In this document: piece after piece, positions 8,135 to 16,538 of the stretch
How the letters are laid out: each line of letters opens with the position of its first letter
Numbering within the stretch: the first letter of the stretch is position 1
Assembly (NCBI GenBank): GCA_044234015.1
Contig: JBIIJF010000001.1
Location: forward strand, 1 to 36,362
Length of the DNA: 36,362 nucleotides
From: Candidatus Babeliales bacterium
GTDB lineage: Bacteria; Babelota; Babeliae; Babelales; RVW-14
Reading direction: 5' to 3'
Notes under the pieces: model-generated
The model's input: only the letters and a program-made list of their open reading frames with translations
The model's database searches: none
What the model was told of the DNA's origin: nothing
Translations under genes and position numbers: made by a program

Positions 8135-9784
8135 ATGATTCGACGATTTATGTTTTTGGTGCTTATGGCTTTTTGTGTTGGGGCGCCTGCTCAGCTTGTG
8201 CTTGCTAGGGGAAAGGGCAAGGTGAAAAATCTTGCTACGCGCACTTTTAACGCGAACACAAAGGTATTGTCTGATCGAGAATGGAAAGATGTTTTGGTAG
8301 ACGTTAAAGACAGCTGTGTGCAGATTGTTGCCTACGGTACCCCTTTTAATTTTGAGCTTCCGTTTCGTAAGGCAGATGTTCAGGCTGATGCCGGCAGCGG
8401 TTTTTTTATTGAAGTAGAGAAGCGTTTGTGTGTGGTGACTAATTACCATGTTGTCGACCAATCCTGCAGTATTTATCTGCAGCATGCTGGTGCATGGCAA
8501 GAAAAAATAGAGTTAGAGTTGCTTGGTGCATGTCCTGAGTTTGATATAGCTCTGCTGGGGTTTAAGACTGGTCAGCAAGCGTTTTTAGAGGGGAAATTAG
8601 CTGGGAAGAAAATTGTCCCTTTGGTATTGGGTGATTCAGATAAAATAAGTATCGGTGACGAGATCATGGTTCTTGGATATCCGCTTGCTCAACCGCACTT
8701 AAAGCAGTCAATTGGTCGGGTATCTGGTCAAGAGCCAACATCATTTGGAGAATGTTTTACAACAACTGCTGCAGTAGCGCCGGGTAGCTCTGGTGGTCCG
8801 TGTCTTAATAAAAAAGGTGAGGTTGTTGCACTGACGGTAGCCATGGTGAAGGACTCTCAAGGCTATAATTTTTTACTTCCTATCTCGCGTGAAAAAGTTG
8901 TACTTGATCAGTTGAAGGATGGCGTCATTTTGCCAAATTTTTCATTTGGAGCTCAGTTTGTATCGACAACGCCAGACATGGCAGCATATTTAAACGCTCC
9001 GGTTGAAGGGGGCGTTCTTGTTGTTGCTGTAACACCTGGTGGGACTTGTGATAAGGCTGGTATCATCAAGGGTGATCTTATTACCGGATTGGTGTATGAA
9101 GACTACAGGATGGCGGTTGATCGATTTGGCTATGCATCGGTTCCATGGACTACATCTCGCATGGGTCTTCGTGATATTTTCGCCCGGGTGCAGTATGGTA
9201 CTATTGTAAATGTTGAGTTGTATCGTGATGGGCAGCTCAATCTTATTCCAATACAAAAAACAGTAGCGGTTTCAACAACGGGTATCGCAAATAAACATAT
9301 CCCGTTTGAAAATGCTCCTGAGTATGAAGTTTTTGCTGGTTGTGTTATCACTGAAGTCACGCAGAATTTATCGCTAGAATGGCTTTCTCAGTTATGCAAA
9401 CAGTGCAAGGGGAAATCTCTGAATAGAGATGCAGGTAGTGCTTTTTCAAAAATAAGTGAGCCTCTTTTGCAAGAAAATGAATGGCAAGGAGTTGTTATTT
9501 CATACATATTACCAACGAGTGTTTTTGGCACGAGTAAAGTCTTTGAGCAGGGCCCGTGTTACATAAAAACGGTTAATAACATTCCTGTTTCCACCATTCC
9601 TGAGTATCGTCAGGCGCTTTTGAAGAGCCGTGAAACTGGCTACATTGTGCTGGAAGCAATGAATGGTGTTATTGGGGTAGTAAAATTAGCGACAGCCCTT
9701 GAGCAAGAGCCTCAAATGGCAGAAATGTATGGCTATCCATTGTCAGAGAGCTATCATGCGCTGAGTGTCGGTGTGGCTGCTTAG
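8135..9784 (+). CDS. Trypsin-like serine protease of the HtrA/Deg family (S1C) with C-terminal PDZ-like region
   Basis: The catalytic triad contexts are TNYHVV, FDIALLGF and GSSGGPC. The N-terminal part resembles Deg2/Deg9-type proteases (PFNFELPFRK...GSGFFI). The start is placed at ATG 8135 (GGAGAAAG RBS, signal peptide MIRRFMFLVLMAFCVGAPAQLVLA). ATG 8093 is an alternative, and the track start at 7853 overlaps the previous gene. Confidence 0.85.
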   Translation: MIRRFMFLVLMAFCVGAPAQLVLARGKGKVKNLATRTFNANTKVLSDREWKDVLVDVKDSCVQIVAYGTPFNFELPFRKADVQADAGSGFFIEVEKRLCVVTNYHVVDQSCSIYLQHAGAWQEKIELELLGACPEFDIALLGFKTGQQAFLEGKLAGKKIVPLVLGDSDKISIGDEIMVLGYPLAQPHLKQSIGRVSGQEPTSFGECFTTTAAVAPGSSGGPCLNKKGEVVALTVAMVKDSQGYNFLLPISREKVVLDQLKDGVILPNFSFGAQFVSTTPDMAAYLNAPVEGGVLVVAVTPGGTCDKAGIIKGDLITGLVYEDYRMAVDRFGYASVPWTTSRMGLRDIFARVQYGTIVNVELYRDGQLNLIPIQKTVAVSTTGIANKHIPFENAPEYEVFAGCVITEVTQNLSLEWLSQLCKQCKGKSLNRDAGSAFSKISEPLLQENEWQGVVISYILPTSVFGTSKVFEQGPCYIKTVNNIPVSTIPEYRQALLKSRETGYIVLEAMNGVIGVVKLATALEQEPQMAEMYGYPLSESYHALSVGVAA

Positions 9785-9800
9785 AGTTAATTTTTATATC

Positions 9801-9851
9801 GTCAACAAAGAATGTGCTTTTTTCTAAAAAAACAGCGAATTCTTTGTTGAC
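9801..9851 (+). terminator. Long hairpin downstream of the protease gene (possible terminator)
   Basis: A perfect 13-bp inverted repeat (gtcaacaaagaat 9801-9813 / attctttgttgac 9839-9851) flanks a 25-nt spacer. The spacer is itself T-run/A-run self-complementary. Confidence 0.4.
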
Positions 9852-9874
9852 TTTTCACACAGATAGGGTAGATT
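9847..9874 (+). promoter_or_regulatory. Candidate sigma70-type promoter for tRNA-Gly
   Basis: TTGACT (9847-9852), a 16-nt spacer and TAGATT (9869-9874) lie about 27 nt upstream of the mature tRNA 5' end. This is a pattern match only. Confidence 0.3.
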
Positions 9875-9900
9875 TCTCTTTGTTCTTTGGCATTTGTTAA

Positions 9901-9975
9901 GCGGGAATAGCTCAGTGGTAGAGCATTGCCTTGCCAAGGCAAGGGTCGCGGGTTCGAATCCCGTTTCCCGCTCCA
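9901..9975 (+). tRNA. tRNA-Gly (GCC), CCA encoded
   Basis: GCGGGAATAGCTCAGTGGTAGAGCATTGCCTTGCCAAGGCAAGGGTCGCGGGTTCGAATCCCGTTTCCCGCTCCA gives a full cloverleaf. The anticodon stem is TTGCC/GGCAA with loop TTGCCAA, and the discriminator is U. Confidence 0.95.
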
Positions 9976-10132
9976 GAAAAACAAATGAAGCCCAATGAAG
10001 TGACATGAAAGATTGCAACTAGAGGTATTTTCTGTTACGTTACTGTGGTAATAAACGCCATTTCTAGTGGAATCGCGCAATCGTTATTCAATCCATTTTT
10101 TCCGTTTCATCACTGTTGAAAGGTTTTAGCAG

Positions 10133-10930
10133 ATGAAATCTATGCTTCATGAGGCATCAAGTGTTACTAAGGCCGTGCAAAAGGCATGGGAGAATTCTGG
10201 CAAGCCTCGTGAATTTACCATCAACGTCCTTGAGCTTGGCGAAACAAATTTCTTTGGCTTCAGTACTCGTCCTGCCATTGTTTCGATTACTTTTGATCCA
10301 AGACACGCGGCTCCGCAGGTAAATAATAATGACAGGCGTGATCAGTCTCGCAATCAGCGTCCACAGCATCAGGCTGGTCGTGATGACGCGCAAAGACGTG
10401 ATCAACGTAACAACAATACGGTTCGTCCCGATCGTAATGCTGCATCAGCCGACCAACAGCGTCCAGCTCGTCCAGCAAGGACAGAGCAACCACAGCGTCA
10501 GCAGCAAGAGCCACGTCTGCGTGATCCCCAGCGAGAGCAAAAGCCCCGTGAGCAACGTGATCAGCATGTACCACGTGAGCAGCAAGGTGTGCGTGAAGGT
10601 CGTGAATTATCAGGATCTATGGATTCGGATGATTTGACTATCTGGACACCAGAGTTGACTGCTGATTTGCAAGCAGATGCCGCGGCATTGGTAGCGAATG
10701 CACAAATTGTAGTGCCATACACTATTGCTGTCGACAAGCGGAATGCAGTGATTACTTTTGCATCCGCGGTACTTCCTGAGTCAGATTTTGAGCGCCAGCT
10801 GTTTATGAGCATGTCTTATTTGCTTATCCAGTTTCTCAAGAAAAAACACAAGAAAAAGTTGCGTGGTTTCCACGTGACGGTAACCAGTAATAGGTCTCAA
10901 GGTGCACACCAACCACCAGCTGCAGAGTAG
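10133..10930 (+). CDS. Jag_N-domain protein (Jag/KhpB-like) with a long Arg/Gln/Pro/Asp-rich low-complexity insert
   Basis: The N-terminus SSVTKAVQKAWENSGKPREFTINVLELGETNFFGFSTRPAIVSITF resembles the Jag N-terminal domain. The gene sits in the conserved position directly upstream of mnmE. Residues ~60-165 are RDQ/RPQ/REQ-rich. The C-terminal ~90 aa have no clear KH/R3H signature by eye. Confidence 0.6.
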   Translation: MKSMLHEASSVTKAVQKAWENSGKPREFTINVLELGETNFFGFSTRPAIVSITFDPRHAAPQVNNNDRRDQSRNQRPQHQAGRDDAQRRDQRNNNTVRPDRNAASADQQRPARPARTEQPQRQQQEPRLRDPQREQKPREQRDQHVPREQQGVREGRELSGSMDSDDLTIWTPELTADLQADAAALVANAQIVVPYTIAVDKRNAVITFASAVLPESDFERQLFMSMSYLLIQFLKKKHKKKLRGFHVTVTSNRSQGAHQPPAAE

Positions 10931-12311
10931 TGAAAAGCAGGCTATAGTAGCCCTGTGTACACCTCGAGGTAGTGGTGCTATTGCTCTGATACGTATTTCT
11001 GGTAATAACGCTTTTGCAGTTGCGGCTGCAATAGCTTCTTTTAGCTCGCAGCTTTCTATTGCTGATGCAGCAACACATACCATTCATCACGGCATGGTAA
11101 TTGATCCAGCTACAGGCAAAACTATTGATGAGGTGCTCTTTTTAATTATGAGAGCACCTCGTACTTTTACTGGTGAAGATACTATCGAAATTACCTGCCA
11201 CAATAATCCGTTTATTATCGAACATATTATTAATGCTTCTGTACAGGCTGGTGCTCGCGTAGCGCTCCCTGGTGAATTTACCAAGCGTGCATTTTATCAT
11301 GGCAAGCTTGATCTTGTGCAGGCAGAAGCGCTCAATGATCTCATTCATGCTCAGACCGAATTTGGTCTTAAGCAGTCAATGTCTCAGTTGCGGGGCACCT
11401 TGTCCAAAGCTCTTGTTGAGCTGGAAGCAGAGCTTGTTGCTTTGCTCGGCTATGCCGAGGCCAGTTTTGAATTTTTGGACGAAGAGCAGCGTGATATTAA
11501 TTTTGTGGCTATCGTGAATCAACGCCTCCAAGATGTTATTGCCCGTGTTGCCAATTTGCAGCAACATTTTGCTCTCCAGAAACAGATTCGCCAAGGGGTG
11601 CGTGTGGCGCTTGTGGGGAGTGTTAATGCCGGCAAATCAACATTATTTAACGCACTGGTTGGTCAGGACCGTGCAATTGTAACGCCGATTGCAGGTACGA
11701 CGCGTGATACCATCGAGTGTTCAGTCTACCGAGATGGCGTTTTCTGGCTTTTTGTGGATACCGCAGGCATTCGTCAGACAGCCGATATTGTTGAGCAGTA
11801 TGGGATTGAGCGTTCTAGAGCTGAAGCCCGGCAAGCGGATGTTGTCATTATTGTTGTAGATGCATCGCGAGAATTATCGGCCCAAGAGCAGAATGTTTAC
11901 GATGATTTGGTTACGCTAGCACCTGAAAAAGGCTTGTTGGTCTATAATAAAATAGATACTACTGGTACTCATTTCCTGCCAAAAACAGCATGGCAGCTCC
12001 CATGGTTTGCAGTGTCTGCCCAAAAACATATTGGTTTGGATATGCTGCAAAATGCTATTTTAGAAAAAATTCAATCTCTTTTTGCTCAGGCAAAGTCCCC
12101 GTATCTTTTAAATCAACGACAGTTTAATGTACTTGCCGAAATAGCATCAGAACTCGATCTCATTGCAAAAAGTTTTGGTGATGGCGTACACTATGAACTG
12201 TTAGCATATCGCTTAAAAGAGTTAATAGAAAAATTGTCTGCCCTGACTGGCAAAAATGTTACAGAGCACGTACTCGATATGGTTTTTAACGAGTTTTGTG
12301 TTGGTAAGTAG
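10902..12311 (+). CDS. mnmE: tRNA modification GTPase MnmE (TrmE)
   Basis: The N-terminal domain is AIVALCTPRGSGAIALIRISG. The G domain carries GSVNAGKSTLFNAL, TTRD and DTAGIR. The C-terminal motif is FCVGK. The GTG start at 10902 overlaps the upstream gene by 29 nt, and its exact position is uncertain. Confidence 0.92.
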   Translation: MHTNHQLQSSEKQAIVALCTPRGSGAIALIRISGNNAFAVAAAIASFSSQLSIADAATHTIHHGMVIDPATGKTIDEVLFLIMRAPRTFTGEDTIEITCHNNPFIIEHIINASVQAGARVALPGEFTKRAFYHGKLDLVQAEALNDLIHAQTEFGLKQSMSQLRGTLSKALVELEAELVALLGYAEASFEFLDEEQRDINFVAIVNQRLQDVIARVANLQQHFALQKQIRQGVRVALVGSVNAGKSTLFNALVGQDRAIVTPIAGTTRDTIECSVYRDGVFWLFVDTAGIRQTADIVEQYGIERSRAEARQADVVIIVVDASRELSAQEQNVYDDLVTLAPEKGLLVYNKIDTTGTHFLPKTAWQLPWFAVSAQKHIGLDMLQNAILEKIQSLFAQAKSPYLLNQRQFNVLAEIASELDLIAKSFGDGVHYELLAYRLKELIEKLSALTGKNVTEHVLDMVFNEFCVGK

Positions 12312-12353
12312 TACGTAATATGCCGAGTGGCTGGGCGCAGAGGGGAGAGCGTA

Positions 12354-13730
12354 ATGGTCATTATACACTTGCAGCGTGTTTACGCATTATTGCTCATGAT
12401 GGCATTATGGCAACCCATGAGTTTGGAAGCACAAGCACCCCGGCAGCATAAAAAGATGGCACAAAAAAAGAAACGCCGTTCCCCCGTAAAAAAAAGAGTG
12501 CAAAAAAAACCACAACAAAAAAACAAACGCCCTGGTAAACGGTCTCAAAAAACAGCAACAACCGCAAAAGAAGATGTTGTTGAATTCTCAAAAACCATAT
12601 GTAAATTCTTTGCCAACGACGAGCTTGATGCCATTAAAAATTCGGGTTCAAAAGAGATTCTATGGCAAAAAACTAATGTAAAGCCATTCAGTGAGCTTAT
12701 TCTTTCGTGGAATGCATTTCGGCCACTGAGTGGTTATTTTACTATCTGGGTAAGTGTTTTGTATGAAAAAAAATGGTCAAAATGGCATCGCTTGGCCCAA
12801 TGGGGTGCTAAGACCCAAAAAACATTTTTAAATAAAATGCATCCACACGTGCATACAAAACATTGTCGTGTAGACTTGCAGCAGGGGCACTTGGCTCGTG
12901 GCTTTCGAGCGAAAATTGTTTGCCATAAAGGTGCCCAGCCAGACCTTGTGAAGGCAATGTTTGCCTGCGTCTCCAGATTAAATCAGCATAAAATAGTATT
13001 CCCAGCAGACTCATTGGTGTCAGCGGGCAAGCATCATTCTGGTATGCTTAAAAATCAGTACACAAAAATATCACAGTTTATGCTTGATCATCCACGAAAG
13101 GGTGATATTTGTTCTCCCGTAAGCACGGCTATGATGGTTGGTTATTTTCATCGGCAACTCTATGGTACAAAGCCGCACCCATCCATGAGTACCTATGCAA
13201 TGGATTTTACTAAAAAAGTTCATGATCAAGGGTATTTGAATATTTTTGGTAATTGGATTTTGAACACCGCTCACGCATTTCATGCCGTGAATGGTGAAGT
13301 ATACTTTTCAGTGCAGCGCTTGAATAGTTTCTATGACCTTCACCATTACCTTTCTCACCATGTGCCCGTGGTGGTGAGTGTGCGCCGGTTGCTTGGTGGG
13401 GCTACACCGTATGCCGGTGGCCATCTGCTGATGGTTGTTGGGTATGATGCGCAGGGAAAAGAAGTTGTAACACTTGATCCAGCCTTTGCAACCCATAGTG
13501 CTACTTTTAAAAAATATCCGCTTCGTGCATTTATTCGTGCATGGGGACGCTCAAATAATTTATCTTACGTGCCGTTTACAAAAAAAATGGTGGATACCAT
13601 GCTCAAAGAAGTGGTGACTGCTGGCTCTTGTTTAGCGAGGCGCTTTGATGAGCCATTAGTTGGGCCACTTTTGCAACAGTTGGAGCCACTGCCGCTGCCA
13701 CCTTCTGTACCGTGTGGTGAGACTGTTTAG
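12354..13730 (+). CDS. Secreted papain-fold cysteine peptidase, C39-like (Peptidase_C39_2-type), with poly-basic N-terminal region
   Basis: The start is ATG 12354 after GGGGAGAG. The signal peptide is MVIIHLQRVYALLLMMALWQPMSLEA. A ~45-aa Lys/Arg-rich tract follows. The candidate catalytic Cys context is GDICSPVSTAMMVGYF and the His context is GGHLLMVVGYDAQGKEVVTLDPAF. Confidence 0.7.
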   Translation: MVIIHLQRVYALLLMMALWQPMSLEAQAPRQHKKMAQKKKRRSPVKKRVQKKPQQKNKRPGKRSQKTATTAKEDVVEFSKTICKFFANDELDAIKNSGSKEILWQKTNVKPFSELILSWNAFRPLSGYFTIWVSVLYEKKWSKWHRLAQWGAKTQKTFLNKMHPHVHTKHCRVDLQQGHLARGFRAKIVCHKGAQPDLVKAMFACVSRLNQHKIVFPADSLVSAGKHHSGMLKNQYTKISQFMLDHPRKGDICSPVSTAMMVGYFHRQLYGTKPHPSMSTYAMDFTKKVHDQGYLNIFGNWILNTAHAFHAVNGEVYFSVQRLNSFYDLHHYLSHHVPVVVSVRRLLGGATPYAGGHLLMVVGYDAQGKEVVTLDPAFATHSATFKKYPLRAFIRAWGRSNNLSYVPFTKKMVDTMLKEVVTAGSCLARRFDEPLVGPLLQQLEPLPLPPSVPCGETV

Positions 13731-13828
13731 CTACATTTTTGCGATCCTGCTTCACATTATTTTGTCTTGGGTGTAGTTTTAGCTGAAATACAAATCTACA
13801 TTACAGCACTAAGATATTGCGAGGTGTT

Positions 13829-16384
13829 ATGGATACAAAAAAATACACAAATGCCGTTGTAGAACTCTTGCAAAATGCCTATCAATTAGCGGTAACAAAC
13901 CAAAATCCAACATGTACAGCCGACCATCTTTTGGTGGGGTTGCTTGAGCATGAGCTTACTCAATCGTGCGTACGTGCATTAAACATAGATCTAGCACCCC
14001 TGCAAGTCGTACTGAAGAAAATACTGCAAGCTCAGCCTGCTGTTACTGGTGCAGAAGTGCAGATGGATAGGTCATTGCAACGCTTTCTTGAAGAAGCTGA
14101 AAAAGTAGCAGCATCGTTGGGTGACCAATTAGTGAGTGTTGATGCGAGCCTTCTGGCTATGATTAAAACAAGCACTATCTCAGCTGATGTAAAGATCTTG
14201 GTCCGAGCAGGTTTTGCATATGAAAAAGTTTTGGCATGGGTACAATCCATAAGAAAAGGAAATGTAGTGAGCGATCAAAATGCAGAAGGCCGCTATCAAG
14301 TGCTTGAAAAATATTGTCAAAATATTACCCAGCGAGCTGCAGAAGGCAAGCTTGATCCCGTTATTGGTCGGCATGATGAAGTGCGTCGGGTAGTGCAAAT
14401 TTTATCACGTAGAACAAAAAATAACCCTGTGCTTGTTGGTGATCCTGGCGTTGGTAAAACAGCTATTGTTGAGGGCATTGCGCAGCGTATTGTGAATAAT
14501 GATGTGCCAGAGACCTTGCAAAATCGGCGCATTTTAGCCTTAGATATGGGCGCATTGATTGCTGGCACAAAATTTCGCGGGGAATTTGAAGAGCGGCTCA
14601 AGGCCATCTTGGATGCCCTTGCCCAGGAAGCAGAGGGTGTTATTCTTTTCATAGATGAACTTCACATGCTTGTAGGTGCTGGGGCAACAGGTGGTGGCAT
14701 GGATGCCTCTAACCTCCTCAAGCCGGCGCTTGCTCGGGGCGATTTGCATTGTATTGGGGCTACAACCATTGCCGAGTACAAAAAATACATAGAAAAAGAT
14801 GCTGCTCTTGAGCGTCGTTTCCAAAAAGTGCTCATTGAAGAGCCGTCCGTTGAAGATGCCATTTCTATCTTGCGTGGGCTCAAGGAGCGTTATGAGTTGC
14901 ATCATGGCATCAGGATTAAAGACCAAGCAATTGTTAAGGCGGTGCAGCTCTCCTCGCAAATGATTGCCGATCGTTTTTTACCAGACAAAGCGATTGATCT
15001 GATTGATGAAGCAGCTGCGATGATCAAAATGGCTATTGATTCAAAGCCAGAAGATATTGATCAGATGGATCGCAAAATAAGGCAGCTTGAGATTGAAAAA
15101 GTTGCGTTGGCTAAAGAAAAAGACGATGCCTCAAAACAAAGGCTGGCACAACTTGGGGCTGAGCTTGCCAATGTAAAAGAATCACATCGTATTAAGCTTG
15201 ATCAATGGCAGGCAGAGCGTAAGCCAATCGAAGAGATTAATAAAATTAAATCGCAGATTGATGATGCTAAAAATGCGTATCAGCAAGCAGAGCGTGAGGG
15301 CGATTTTGCAAAGGCTTCCAAAATTAAGTATGGCACCCTTGCGGCGCTTGAGCAAAAGCAGGTGCAGGAGCAAGAAAAACTGAGCAAGCTCAAAACCCAT
15401 CTGATCAAAGAAGAAGTTGATGAGGACGATATTGCAACGGTTCTTGCGCGCTGGATCAAGGTTCCTGTTGAAAAACTTAAAGAGGATGAAGGACAAAAAC
15501 TCATTGCCATGGAGAGCGTGTTGCATGAGCGGGTAATTGGCCAAGACGAAGCGATTACCAAGGTGGCCAATACAATTCGAATTCATCGTGCAGGGATTGC
15601 TGATCCGAATAAGCCGATTGGCAGCTTTTTGTTCTTAGGACCAACGGGTGTTGGGAAAACAGAAGTAGCCAAGACGCTTGCGGAGTATCTGTTCAATGAC
15701 GAGCATAAAATGATTCGGATCGATATGTCTGAGTACATGGAAAAGCATTCAGTGGCACGGCTTATTGGTGCACCCCCTGGCTACGTTGGCTACGAAGAAG
15801 GTGGCCAACTGACAGAAGCCGTACGCAGGAGTCCCTACAGTGTTATTTTGTTTGATGAGATAGAAAAAGCCCACCAGGATGTATTTAATCTCTTTTTGCA
15901 GATTTTAGACGAAGGACATTTAACTGATTCGCAAGGGCGCACCGTATCGTTCAAAAATTGCATCATTATCATGACGTCTAATATTGGTTCGCCTCTTATT
16001 CTAGCGGCAAAACACGTATCTGAGAGTCTGAAGCAAGACATTGAAAAATTATTGCATCAGCACTTCCGGCCAGAATTTTTAAACCGGATAGATGAGACGG
16101 TGTATTTTAGGTCTTTGCAGGTTGAGGATATGAGTGCCATTGTGCGTGTGCAGTTGGCGTTCTTGTTTGCTCGCATGCAAGAGAAGGGCATTGAGCTCAC
16201 CGTTACACCAGCAGCAGTTGCTGCGATTGCTCAAAAAGGGTATGTCCCTGAGTTTGGTGCACGGCCACTCAAGCGCGTGATTCAGCATTACTTAGTGAGT
16301 CCGCTAGCAACGGCAATACTCAAAGAGCCGGGTAAAAAAGAGTTTGCGGTGGATTATGAAAAAGGGGCCTTTATATTCTACTAG
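13829..16384 (+). CDS. clpB: Chaperone disaggregase ClpB
   Basis: All ClpB modules are present: Clp_N repeats, D1 ([26 protein letters not shown]), a long coiled-coil M domain, D2 ([36 protein letters not shown]) and the small D2 domain. The start is ATG 13829 after GAGGTG. Confidence 0.97.
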   Translation: MDTKKYTNAVVELLQNAYQLAVTNQNPTCTADHLLVGLLEHELTQSCVRALNIDLAPLQVVLKKILQAQPAVTGAEVQMDRSLQRFLEEAEKVAASLGDQLVSVDASLLAMIKTSTISADVKILVRAGFAYEKVLAWVQSIRKGNVVSDQNAEGRYQVLEKYCQNITQRAAEGKLDPVIGRHDEVRRVVQILSRRTKNNPVLVGDPGVGKTAIVEGIAQRIVNNDVPETLQNRRILALDMGALIAGTKFRGEFEERLKAILDALAQEAEGVILFIDELHMLVGAGATGGGMDASNLLKPALARGDLHCIGATTIAEYKKYIEKDAALERRFQKVLIEEPSVEDAISILRGLKERYELHHGIRIKDQAIVKAVQLSSQMIADRFLPDKAIDLIDEAAAMIKMAIDSKPEDIDQMDRKIRQLEIEKVALAKEKDDASKQRLAQLGAELANVKESHRIKLDQWQAERKPIEEINKIKSQIDDAKNAYQQAEREGDFAKASKIKYGTLAALEQKQVQEQEKLSKLKTHLIKEEVDEDDIATVLARWIKVPVEKLKEDEGQKLIAMESVLHERVIGQDEAITKVANTIRIHRAGIADPNKPIGSFLFLGPTGVGKTEVAKTLAEYLFNDEHKMIRIDMSEYMEKHSVARLIGAPPGYVGYEEGGQLTEAVRRSPYSVILFDEIEKAHQDVFNLFLQILDEGHLTDSQGRTVSFKNCIIIMTSNIGSPLILAAKHVSESLKQDIEKLLHQHFRPEFLNRIDETVYFRSLQVEDMSAIVRVQLAFLFARMQEKGIELTVTPAAVAAIAQKGYVPEFGARPLKRVIQHYLVSPLATAILKEPGKKEFAVDYEKGAFIFY

Positions 16385-16538
16385 GCAATTGTTTTTATCA
16401 ATATGATAAAATGGTGCCAAAATAGGCTTTTTTAATAGTTTAAGACTACCACCGTTTGTGATTGTGACAGTTACAGCTATATTTGCTGTACATGATAAAA
16501 ATATAACTGTAACTGTTATTCATTTAGGTAGGGGGGAT

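Noticed and set aside
9802-10080. Minus-strand ORFs (92 and 64 aa) covering the tRNA-Gly locus.
   Set aside because: They are antisense to a well-folded tRNA gene, a typical spurious ORF situation.
14032-16288. Multiple antisense or alternate-frame ORFs of 60-139 aa inside clpB (e.g. 14317..14652, 14540..14959, 15182..15586, 15280..15570).
   Set aside because: They are fully embedded in a high-confidence conserved gene. They have no motifs, and their repetitive Lys/Glu codons keep the opposite strand open.
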